Shown: positions 12,301 to 23,215 of the stretch, one piece after another
Numbering within the stretch: the stretch's first letter is position 1
How the letters are laid out: every line of letters starts with the position of its first letter
NCBI GenBank assembly: GCA_002269645.1
Contig: NIVC01000730.1
Location: 62,001 to 126,000, forward strand
Direction: 5' to 3'
DNA from: Macrostomum lignano
Taxonomy: Eukaryota
DNA length: 64,000 nucleotides
Program-made: the position numbers and the translations under genes
The notes under the pieces: generated by a model
Told to the model about the DNA's origin: nothing
Seen by the model: the letters and a program-made list of their open reading frames with translations, nothing else
The model's database searches: none

Positions 12301-15300
12301 CGACCGGCCAGTTCGTGCATCGGCTGCGGCATGTGCACCATGCAGTCGATGTGCGAACAGTGGATAGAGGCGTCTCCGCGAGTACGGGGCAGTTTGGGAT
12401 TCACCTGTTAAATGCGAATTCTTTTTATTTTTTTCTTAAACTGATCTTATCCCCTAATTACAAGGCTAACCCCTAATTGCACCTCTAATCTGCTAACTAC
12501 CACGCTAATCTCCTAATTACGCCTCTAATTCCCCTAATTACTCCGCTAATCCCATTAATCACACCTCTAGTCTCCCTAATTACACCCCGAATCCCGCTAA
12601 TAACAACTCTAATCCCCTAATTATCCCGATAATTTCCTTAATTATGCCTCTGATCCTAATTACTCTGCTAATTCCCGAGCTAATTCCACTAATTACGCCA
12701 TTACTCCCCTAATGCTACTTCTAACCCACTAATTATACCTCTTATGCTTTAATTACGCCTTAACCCCCAGCCCCCCAATTAAACCTGTATTAATAACCTT
12801 ATTACACATGTAACTCCCTAATTAAACTACCACTGTGTGCTTGTGTGTGTGTCTCAGCCCTGCAGCAACTCTCACCTGAGCAACAATATACCTAGCATTC
12901 TGAATGGCAGCCCTGGTACAATCAACAGACGGTCCCAGACTGCAGAATCCATGCCTATCAGGCGGCGTCACCATAATCAGAGCGACGTCCAACTGAACAA
13001 ATCCGCGCCTAAACAGCAGAGGAATCTCGGACAGAAAAATCGGCGTGAAGTCGGCCCGGCCAGCCTGGATGGCCGACCGACAATTAGACGATGTGAAGAG
13101 TGAATTGCTGCGAAAGATGCCGTCACAGTCTGGCTCATTGTAGGGCGCCTCGCCCTCGGTGTGAATGTGAATAAGTCCGATGTTGCTCAGCTGCCTGCGT
13201 TTCCCAGCCTCCACCATCCGCTCGATAAGGTGAGCGGGGGTGGCCGCGCCGCCGTGAATGAAAATCTTCTGATTGGAGTCGAGTAGCTTATCGAATACCT
13301 TTGAAATTCCAATATTATATCGCAGATTTAATAAATACTGAAAGCGATATAATTTTTAGCTTAGCACTGGTTAGAAGATCAGACAGACAGATACTCTTTA
13401 GAAAACGGGGCAGAGACACTATAAGACGCATCAAGAAGACAGGCACACAAAGACACGTTGAAACAAGCTGGGACACTCAATTCTCGAGAAAAAAAGGCAA
13501 AAACAGACACTGAGACAGGCAATAAGAGACACTGAGACAGGCTATAAGAGACACTGAGACAGGCTATAAGAGACACTGAGACAGGCTATAAGAGACACTG
13601 AGACAGGCTATAAGAGACACTGAGACAGGCTATAAGAGACACTGAGACAGGCAATAAGAGACACTGAGACAGGCAATAAGAGACACTGAGACAGGCTCTA
13701 TAAAAGACACTGAGACAGGCTATAAGAGACACTGAGACAGGTTCTATAAGAGACACTGAGACAGGCTATAAGAGACACTGAGACAGGCAATAAGAGACAC
13801 TGAGACAGGCTATAAGAGACACTGAGACAGGCTCTATAAAAGACACTGAGACAGGCTATAAGAGACACTGAGACAGGTTCTATAAGAGACACTGAGACAG
13901 GCTATAAGAGACACTGAGACAGGCAATAAGAGACACTGAGACAGGCTATAAGAGACACTGAGACAGGCTATAAGAGACACTGAGACAGGCAATAAGAGAC
14001 ACTGAGACAGGCTCTATAAAAGACACTGAGACAGGCAATAAGAGACACTGAGACAGGCTATAAGAGACACTGAGACAGGCTATAAGAGACACTGAGACAG
14101 GCTATAAGAGACACTGAGACAGGCTATAAGAGACACTGAGACAGGCAATAAGAGACACTGAGACAGGCAATAAGAGACACTGAGACAGGCTCTATAAAAG
14201 ACACTGAGACAGGCTATAAGAGACACTGAGACAGGTTCTATAAGAGACACTGAGACAGGCTATAAGAGACACTGAGACAGGCAATAAGAGACACTGAGAC
14301 AGGCTATAAGAGACACTGAGACAGGCTCTATAAAAGACACTGAGACAGGCTATAAGAGACACTGAGACAGGTTCTATAAGAGACACTGAGACAGGCTATA
14401 AGAGACACTGAGACAGGCAATAAGAGACACTGAGACAGGCTCTATAAAAGACACTGAGACAGGCTATAAGAGACACTGAGACAGGTTCTATAAGAGACAC
14501 TGAGACAGGCTATAAGAGACACTGAGACAGGCAATAAGAGACACTGAGACAGGCTCTATAAAAGACACTGAGACAGGCTATAAGAGACACTGAGACAGGC
14601 TATAAGAGACACTGAGACAGGCTCTATAAAAGACACTGAGACAGGCTATAAGAGACACTGAGACAGGTTCTATAAGAGACACTGAGACAGGCTATAAGAG
14701 ACACTGAGACAGGCAATAAGAGACACTGAGACAGGCTCTATAAAAGACACTGAGACAGGCTATAAGAGACACTGAGACAGGCAATAAGAGACACTGAGAC
14801 AGGCTCTATAAAAGACACTGAGACAGGCTATAAGAGACACTGAGACAGGTTCTATAAGAGACACTGAGACAGGCTATAAGAGACACTGAGACAGGCAATA
14901 AGAGACACTGAGACAGGCTATAAGAGACACTGAGACAGGCAATAAGAGACACTGAGACAGGCTCTATAAAAGACACTGAGACAGGCTATAAGAGACACTG
15001 AGACAGGCTATAAGAGACACTGAGACAGGCAATAAGAGACACTGAGACAGGCTCTATAAAAGACACTGAGACAGGCTATAAGAGACACTGAGACAGGCTA
15101 TAAGAGACACTGAGACAGGCAATAAGAGACACTGAGACAGGCTATAAGAGACACTGAGACAGGCTATAAGAGACACTGAGACAGGCAATAAGAGACACTG
15201 AGACAGGCTCTATAAAAGACACTGAGACAGGCTATAAGAGACACTGAGACAGGTTCTATAAGAGACACTGAGACAGGCTATAAGAGACACTGAGACAGGC

Positions 15301-16389
15301 AATAAGAGACACTGAGACAGGCTATAAGAGACACTGAGACAGGCAATAAGAGACACTGAGACAGGCTCTATAAAAGACACTGAGACAGGCTATAAGAGAC
15401 ACTGAGACAGGTTCTATAAGAGACACTGAGACAGGCTATAAGAGACACTGAGACAGGCAATAAGAGACACTGAGACAGGCTCTATAAAAGACACTGAGAC
15501 AGGCTATAAGAGACACTGAGACAGGCAATAAGAGACACTGAGACAGGCTCTATAAAAGACACTGAGACAGGCTATAAGAGACACTGAGACAGGTTCTATA
15601 AGAGACACTGAGACAGGCTATAAGAGACACTGAGACAGGCAATAAGAGACACTGAGACAGGCTATAAGAGACACTGAGACAGGCAATAAGAGACACTGAG
15701 ACAGGCTATAAGAGACACTGAGACAGGCAATAAGAGACACTGAGACAGGCTCTATAAAAGACACTGAGACAGGCTATAAGAGACACTGAGACAGGCTATA
15801 AGAGACACTGAGACAGGCAATAAGAGACACTGAGACAGGCTCTATAAGAGACACTGACAGGCAATGAGACACTGAGACAGGCAATGAGACAGACACTGAG
15901 ACAGACACTAATACAGACACTGAGACAGACAGACATGATGAAGAAAGCCCACGAGACACATTAAGACAGAAACGCTATGACAGACACTGAGACAGACAAT
16001 GAGACACTGAGACAGGCAATGAGACAGACACTGAGACAGGCAATGAGACAGACACTGAGACAGGCAATGAGACACTGAGACAGACACTAATACAGACACT
16101 GAGACAGACAGACATGATGAAGAAAGCCCACGAGACACATCAAGACAGAAACGCTATGACAGACACTATCACACATTTACAATGAGTCACATACCTGATC
16201 AGCATTCAGCCACACGGGGTATTTATTAGGAATAGGGTGGAACGGCTCCTGTTGAGTGTGCAAAGTGGATGCGTAGGTGTGCGACCACCTGCTCAACCTG
16301 TGAGCAAACCCTCTGCATCGATTGGCGAGCAGCGGCAGCGAAGATGCGGCACAATCAGATACTACTCTGAGTAGGATGCGGCTTGTCAT
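9323..16389 (-). CDS. Family-I CoA-transferase / acetyl-CoA hydrolase (4-hydroxybutyrate CoA-transferase / ASCT type), 490 aa, with probable mitochondrial presequence; exons 16389-16195, 13298-12876, 12404-11976, 10536-10299, 9510-9323
   Basis: Five exons splice in frame (phases 0,0,0,1). Motifs: IFIHGGAATP, ADFTPIFLSEIP, GFCSLGPSVD, GATLQTGIGSIPDAV, HTEMFSDG (catalytic Glu), AINSCIEIDLTGQ, SGVGGQMDFIRGA, VVTTRAHVHYVVTEYG. The N-terminus is Arg/Ser/Leu-rich with almost no acidic residues. TAG at 9325-9323. Confidence 0.95.
9560..10250. repeat. G-rich ~15-bp-core minisatellite (GGGAGATTGGGATCT and variants) in CoA-transferase intron 4
   Basis: Seen directly; it explains the PDPNL/GSGRL repeat ORFs. 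Confidence 0.93.
10650..11943. repeat. 23-bp minisatellite AGGAACCCTTCATCCCACTCTTC (~56 copies) in CoA-transferase intron 3
   Basis: Seen directly; the repeat ORFs cycle through three frames with a 23-aa (69-nt) period. Confidence 0.97.
12445..12800. repeat. Degenerate CTAATTAC/CCCCTAAT repeat filling CoA-transferase intron 2
   Basis: Many diverged ctaatt(a/c) motifs occur at roughly 10-22 bp spacing; it looks older than the neighbouring arrays. Confidence 0.75.
13500..16170. repeat. 22/24-bp minisatellite AGAGACACTGAGACAGGCTATA (~100 copies plus a diverged tail) in CoA-transferase intron 1, with higher-order structure
   Basis: Seen directly; the variants ctata, caata, ctctataaa and ttctata recur in ordered blocks. 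Confidence 0.97.
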
Positions 16390-16529
16390 TATTATTTTAG
16401 CTCCAGCTGAAATAAAAGTACAAGAAGTGCTTTTTTATAACAATCATTATAACAATATTTGTAGTGTTTGCAATGCTGTTGGATTAAAGGACTGGGCGGT
16501 AGCTGCTCGAGAAGTGTACAATCAATTAT

Positions 16530-17172
16530 CTGAATGTTCAGGACAGAAAGAAATGACTCACCTGAATGTTCAGGACAGTAAGAAATGACTCACCCTGAAT
16601 GTTCAGGACAGTTAGAAATGACTCACCCTGAATGTTCAGGACAGTAAGAAATGACTCACCCTGAATGTTCAGGACAGTTAGAAATGACTCACCCTGAATG
16701 TTCAGGACAGAAAGAAATGAGTCACCCTGAATGTTCAGGACAGTAAGAAATTACTCATCCTGAATGTTCAGGACAGTTAGAAATGACTCACCCTGAATGT
16801 TCAGGACAGTAAGAAATGACTCATCCTGAATGTTCAGGACAGTTAGAAATGACTCACCCTGAATGTTCAGGACAGTAAGAAATGACTCACCCTGAATGTT
16901 CAGGACAGTTAGAAATGACTCACCCTGAATGTTCAGGACAGTAAGAAATGACTCACTCTGAATGTTCAGGACAGTTAGAAATGACTCACCCTGAATGTTC
17001 AGGACAGTAAGAAATGACTCACCCTGAATGTTCAGGACAGTTAGAAATGACTCACCCTGAATGTTCAGGACAGAAAGAAATGAGTCACCCTGAATGTTCA
17101 GGACAGAAAGAAATGAGTCACCCTGAATGTTCAGGACAGTAAGAAATGACTCACCCTGAATGTTCAGGACAG
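16530..17172. repeat. 33-bp minisatellite GAATGTTCAGGACAGT(A/T)AGAAATGACTCACCCT (~19 copies) upstream of the CoA-transferase ATG
   Basis: The 33-bp period was measured at 16564, 16597 and 16630. Confidence 0.96.
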
Positions 17173-17714
17173 TATAGCTCGTACATACAGACCAACTAAA
17201 AACAAAAGTTGGGCAGACTAAACTTACAGGGAGACAAGACTGACTATAAGGCTTGTTGCAAGAGATTAATCAAATGCCCAAGAAAAAATGTGATTAGATA
17301 GAAAGGGCTCAATGTTTCCCTAATTGCACGATACCCTAATAAAGCTCAGAGGATGAATAGAAAGGAATATCTAGCTTTCCTAATTAAATGGAGAGAAAAC
17401 AACGCTTCATCTAGCCTCGGGATGGAGAACTCAAACTGCTCATTTCCCATACGAACCTATCAGCAAGAGCTGTACTCAGACTACTGTACAAAGGCCTGAA
17501 AAGTGCTCTCCCCAGACATAGTAGATTCTCTACCCAGCAAAGAATGGACAAAATCACGAGGCAGAGGCGTGATCGCGTTGAGTTAGGAGAAGTCGCCACA
17601 GAGATGGAAGTAACCTAGACAGTTTATGTTAACCTTAATTGTTAGTGCCAATATGTCAGGCGAGCACATTAGTGAAAAAATAAAGTATTCATAGTTGAGG
17701 ATATTTTGATGCCT

Positions 17715-18262
17715 GATAAAGGGAGATTCTCATGGCTGATTAGGGGAGATTCTCATGGGTGACTAGGGGAGATTCTCATGGCTGATTAGGGGATATTCTC
17801 ATGGGTGATTAGGGGAGATTCTCATGGCTGATTAGGGGATATTCTCATGAAAGATTAGGGGAGATTCTCATGGCTGATTAGGGGAGATTCTCATGGATGA
17901 TTAGGGGAGATTCTCATAGGAGATTAAGGGAAATTCTCATGGGATACTAGGGGAGATTCTCATGGGAGATTAGGGGAGATTCTCATGGGAGATTAGGGGA
18001 GATTCTCATGGGTGATTAGGGGAGATTATCATGGCTGATTAGGGGAGATTATCATGGCTGATTAGGGGAGATTCTCATGGGAGATTAGGGGAGATTCTCA
18101 TGGGTGATTAGGGGATATTTTCATGGCTGATTAGGGGAGATTCTCATGGGAGATTAGGGGAGATTATCATGGCTGATTAGGGGAGATTCTCATGGCTGAT
18201 TAGGGGAGATTATCATGGCTGATTAGGGGAGATTCTCATGGGAGATTAGGGGAGATTCTCAA
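17715..18262. repeat. 23-bp minisatellite AGGGGAGATTCTCATGG(CT/GA)GATT (~24 copies) downstream of ACBP
   Basis: Seen directly. Confidence 0.95.
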
Positions 18263-18637
18263 CCTATTCGCAACGGCAAACCAGTTTTCTTAAAGTAGTT
18301 ATAAGAATAAAATTGAATAAACAGTGAACAAAACAAATTTCTAAACTATCAATCAAAACAACTGGAACAATAATGACAGTTACGTTAACTAATTTATTTT
18401 TTTGAGGAAGCCTATTACAAAGGTGTTAGTCAAGCATTTTTGCTTTTGGATATTTAGACACCGCAAAGAATTGGATATAAAAACAGAAAGTTGGGCGGTT
18501 TTAACGAGTTAATTAATCAATAACTATATAGTTATCTTATAAAGTAATCAGATACAAAGTGGCATACCTTATAGCTAGAAAATTTGTGAAACAATGTTAG
18601 GTTAGTAAATGTGTCAAAATTGTAGAGTTAAAAACAC

Positions 18638-21381
18638 TTAGAGGCCATATTGCTCAATCATCCGTTTAGCCAGCTCAATATAGGCAGCCTGTGCGGCCTC
18701 CTTGGAAGTGCCCTTCTTATCGTTCCATCGGTCCCATTTAGCCTTGCCCTTGAAGTCCAGCATGCCGGGCCTGGCGGTGTTCACATCTCCAACAGTGGCC
18801 TGCTTGAACAGGCCGTACAGCTCCAGCAGCTCGTCGTCAGTTGGGCGGGACTTCAGGTTCTTCATCTTCTCGGCATAGTCGTTGAATTCAGCCTGAGACA
18901 AGTTGGATTAAAGGTCCAGTGATAAGTCAGCTATTGGTGAGATAACAATAAGAATTTTTGTGGAAAAAATGCTCTTAATGCACTTAAAATGTAACATTAC
19001 CCTAAGAAAATGATATGACTAGCCTGGTCACTTCATCATTTAATTATAAGTAAATATATTGAGCTTACATTGACGGCTTGAAAGTCACATTATTAAAGAT
19101 AAATCTCATAAGCCTAAAACTTCATAGGCATAAAGCTAAAAAATTTAAAGTTATAACTAGATATAGCCAAAACATGCATTAAGATTTGTCATTTTAGCTT
19201 TTAAAAATTGGAATTTGAAACTTTATCAGCTCAAAAATTTTATATTAATAAAACTTGCTAGTTATGTTTATTGTCTAAAAAGTATTAACAAAAAAATGAA
19301 ATATCAAATATAGACAGTTTATTTTTGGTCATTTATTATATTTTCAGGTTTACTAAATATGCTCAAGGAGATGTCAATTTAGTGCTAATACCATGGCAGA
19401 CTTTTACGCTACTCCAAGATTCTTAGTCTTGATCTTATTTCTTTTTATTTCTCAGCTCTCATAGTGGGCTTTTAACCCACAGAGCCTTTATTTAGTCCAT
19501 AGATAGTGTTTTACTCATTTTTGTTTGAAAGTTACCAGAATTTTATAGCCAAAAAGAAATTATAAGCCATAAAGTTTTATAAGTGTTAAATTAGTTTTAA
19601 TATAAACTTGCTTTATTTGCATTTGAATTAAAAAAGCTACAAGCACAATTAATATAGGCAAAAATATTGGCCAAAAAAATAATAAATAAAAAATAATAGA
19701 AAAATAAAAAGTATCAAAAGTAATATTAAAAAAATTAACAAATAACCTATCTCTAGAAGATGTAGTGCATGCCAGATTTTTTGGTGTGCACTTGAAAATG
19801 GCAGCATACACAACATATCTTTTAAAATATCAGCATACATAAAATGTAACTAAAAGAAAGTGAAAGTGTAGTATGCATGATTGTCATGCAATGTGCATTA
19901 TAGCATTTTTTCTAGAGATAGTAAGTTAAGATAGATGTATATAATTGAAAATTTATCAATAGTTTGTTAGTAGGTACAGATACATATAGGTTGTATGGTT
20001 AATTTAGTGGCATAGTTCTAGTTTACTTCGCAATATTATTTCATAGTTCTAGTTTACTTCGCGATATTATTTCATAGTTCTAGTTTACTTGCGATATTAT
20101 TTCATAGTTCTAGTTTACTTCGCGATATTATTTTTATGCATTTTTTTGCATTTACATAGCATATTCTGCATCTGTACCCGAACCACAACCCTTTTAGCTT
20201 AATCTGCACAATGACCAGCCACCCAGCTGCCCCGACATTTATTGTCCCACCTCATCAACTGGTGAATGCTGCAAACTTGCTGAATTATACCAAAAGAAAT
20301 TTTGGTATTCGGGAGATGGTAGAGGCAAGTCGCGATGACATACAACCATGAGATGGATGGCAAAGCATCACCTCATTGCCAACTAAGCCATCTGGCACCG
20401 CCTGTACCCGAACAATGCATTCCGCGCCGTGCTTTACTGGGCTTCCATGTATTACCCTGTTTAAGTGACTTGGCAACTTTGAATGACTGTTTTTCTGACT
20501 TGTGACACTAAAGCCAAACCTGAAAAGTGACAAAAACAGGGTGAAATAATTTAGCGAAAGGCAAAATAATATTGCGAAGTAAACTAGAACTATGCCAATT
20601 TAGTTTTAATGGAAACATACATTGCAAAAATGAAAGCTACTAAAAAAGGTATTTTACTGTTGCAACTATAAAAAAGGTCCTTTATTGTCACAATTACAAT
20701 TGGTGCTGGTGTGCATTTACTTGGCATTGGCATGCCTTGGTTTAAATTATTCTGGTATACATTGGTTTAAAGTATTCTGGTATACACTTTGTATAATCTA
20801 TACTATGGGCAAATGATAATATTATATAAGATATTTTTTTCATTTTAAGCTAGTGTGCACTCATTTTTTGGCATGCATTTGGCATACATTTTTATTGTTC
20901 AATTTGTATGGGATGCACCTGGCAATCTAGCATGATTTAGACTATAGGCCTATGATATGCATTTGTTATAGTCTATAGTATAGTATATTTGCTATACAAC
21001 AATGCAAAATTAGGGTTTAAGAAAATCTCTTCTTTCATAGTCTTGTATAGGAAAAATTGTTGACTATGTATAATATAGATAAAGCTAATAAGTTTTGAGT
21101 AATTTTAAGGCCTGAATTTCCATGAATATCAAAGCAAAATTGTAAAATGTTTTATAATAATAATAAATTGGAATATTGAAATTAGTTATTTTACTAGCCT
21201 AATATTTAAAAAGGTTTTAATGTGTAAGTAATCTTCACAATATGATATCCAAAGCAGATAAAAAAGGATGTGTACTGACATTATCTACTTAAAAAAAGTG
21301 TTGTGAATTGTGAATGTGAATGCATATGCCATGATACATCATTGACATTGGCATTTTAAACTAAATACTTACCTCGCTCAT
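18638..21381 (-). CDS. ACBP: Acyl-CoA-binding protein (ACBP/DBI), 87 aa; exons 21381-21373 (ATG AGC GAG) and 18892-18638
   Basis: Exon 2 encodes AEF...PTDDELLELYGLFKQATVGDVNTARPGMLDFKGKAKWDRW, the classic ACBP signature. The ORF-track start is a TTG inside the acceptor tgtctcag. A caaaATGAGCGAG|GTAAGT at 21381-21373 supplies M-S-E in phase 0, matching the usual ACBP intron after codon 3. Confidence 0.93.
20009..20596. mobile_element. 588-bp MITE with 33-bp perfect TIRs, GG...CC termini and 8-bp TSD (Merlin- or MULE-like), in the ACBP intron
   Basis: TIR GGCATAGTTCTAGTTTACTTCGCAATATTATTT at 20009-20041 and inverted at 20564-20596. TSD AATTTAGT at 20001-20008 and 20597-20604. The left TIR body occurs as 4 tandem copies (20011-20133). 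Confidence 0.9.
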
Positions 21382-21916
21382 TTTGTAGGCCTAAACAAAA
21401 TTTGTTTGGGTTAATTAATTTAAATATTCGAAATTAAATAATATTACAATGTTGAGCCAAACTTATCTAGAACTAGAACGCCGAACCTTCAATATTTTCA
21501 GTGTATCTATTTGCATTGAGTTAAAATTTACTGATAACGGAATCGCAAAGTCAAAGTTTTGCCTCTTACTCTAAAGAGTGTATGCGAAGTTATATTTTTA
21601 GCACTAATAAAACTTTGTCATTAGTTTTTATCATTAAAGCAAGCAGCTAGATATTTTGTTTTGTTATAAAAATTGTAAGATAACCGGAGTTTTTTTACTT
21701 CAAAAGCTTTGTTAGTTTGCCCGCTGAAATAGGGATATGCCTGTAGCACCCAAGAACGAGACTGCGACTCGAAATGAGGCTCGGTCGCGTGGATATGTTC
21801 TCCGCTTTATATTTGGTAGATTCGAGCTAACAGTGAAATATGATAGACAACTTAGGATTGAAGAGGTGTCTACGAATAATTAGTGTCGATCTTTTTTGGT
21901 AATTTACATGTGCACA

Positions 21917-22480
21917 CAGGCCCGTCGCCAACGGGGAGGGGGGACAGGAAGGACATGTCCCCCCAGTAAAAGCTATGGGGGGGACATGGCAATGCTTTGT
22001 CCCCCCCCTCACCCACAGAATATTCTGTGCCCCCACCCTACCTTTTTGTGACTCGTGTTAATCAATAATTTTTCTTCAGGGCGCCAAAATATAGCGCCTT
22101 CGGCGCCAAAATGAGTGCCTGCGGTGCCAAAATGAGTGCCTGCGGTGCCAAAATGAGTGCCTGCGGCGCTAAAATGAGTGCATGTGGCGCTAAAATGAGT
22201 GCCTGCGGCGCTAAAATGAGTGCCTGTGGCGCTAAAATGAATTCGAATGCTTGCGGTGCTAAAATGAGTGCCCACGGCGCTAAAATGAGTTCCTGCGGTG
22301 CTAAATGGAATGCTTACCGCGCCAAAAAAAGTGCCTGCGGCGCTAAAATGAGTGCCTGCGGCGGCGAAATGAGCGCTGACAACACGATTCTCAAAATAAT
22401 GGAATTGTAGGAATTTATTCATGTACATGTTGAATTCTTGGCTTTGTCCCCCCACCATAAAATCCATGACGACGCCCCTG
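21917..22480. mobile_element. 564-bp hAT-like MITE with an internal 21-bp array (GGCGCTAAAATGAGTGCCTGC, ~22095-22375)
   Basis: Imperfect TIRs: CAGGCCCGTCGCCA at the left, and CAGGGGCGTCGTCA as the reverse complement of the right end. Flanks TGTGCACA / TGTGCACG (7/8 TSD match). G/C-run subterminal tracts. Confidence 0.85.
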
Positions 22481-23215
22481 TGTGCACGTATTTATTTATA
22501 TGTTTCCATATAGCGGCAGAGATCTTCGAAACTGAACCGCATCGAGTTTTTACTCGGTGCGAGACAAGGTCTCTTCTTTGGCCTCAATTGGGTCTTTAAT
22601 TTTGTCCTTTTCCTGGTAGTGGCTCAGTTATTACTGTACACCTGTGCAGCATTCCGTCGTCCGTCGAATTTTCCTTCGTTACGCCGATGGATGCATGACG
22701 ACGTTACGCAATGTATATCAGGCAAACGTCGATCCAATGCAAAAGTACCCACTTGCCAATGGACAATCCAGACCAACTAAAAAAGTGACTAGCTGTCCGA
22801 GCTGGGACGATCATCGATCATAGATGTCAGGTAAACGTCGGATGGCAGGATCGACGAACCAAACTGTGTTTTCTGATCGTGCAGATCACGAGATTAAAAC
22901 ATTTTTTTGGATTATAATCTCTAGATTATAACATTTCTCACGCCCAACTAAATTCCAATCAGCAATCAAATCGGCAGTTTTACTGATAACAAATATAACG
23001 GGATTGCATTATAGTCATACTAAGTCTCTATGTGTGACATTTTAATGCCAGGTCCTAGTTGAGCATGCACAGATGTTTGAATCTCACAGTCAGCAGTGTT
23101 CTACCAGCTTTATATCGCACGAACTCGCCCAACCAGCTAGTCGATAAAGACAAGTGCATTATCAGTATTCTACGTTTCTTGCAATATTCGACTAGCAACT
23201 GATTTTGGAACGAAA

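Noticed and set aside
17180-17620. Coding-like stretch between the two arrays upstream of the CoA-transferase
   Set aside because: It has stops in all useful frames and no recognisable domain; possibly a decayed retroelement, but not supportable.
18893-18901. ORF-track start MSQ for ACBP
   Set aside because: The codon is TTG and lies within the splice acceptor; a proper ATG exon exists at 21381-21373.
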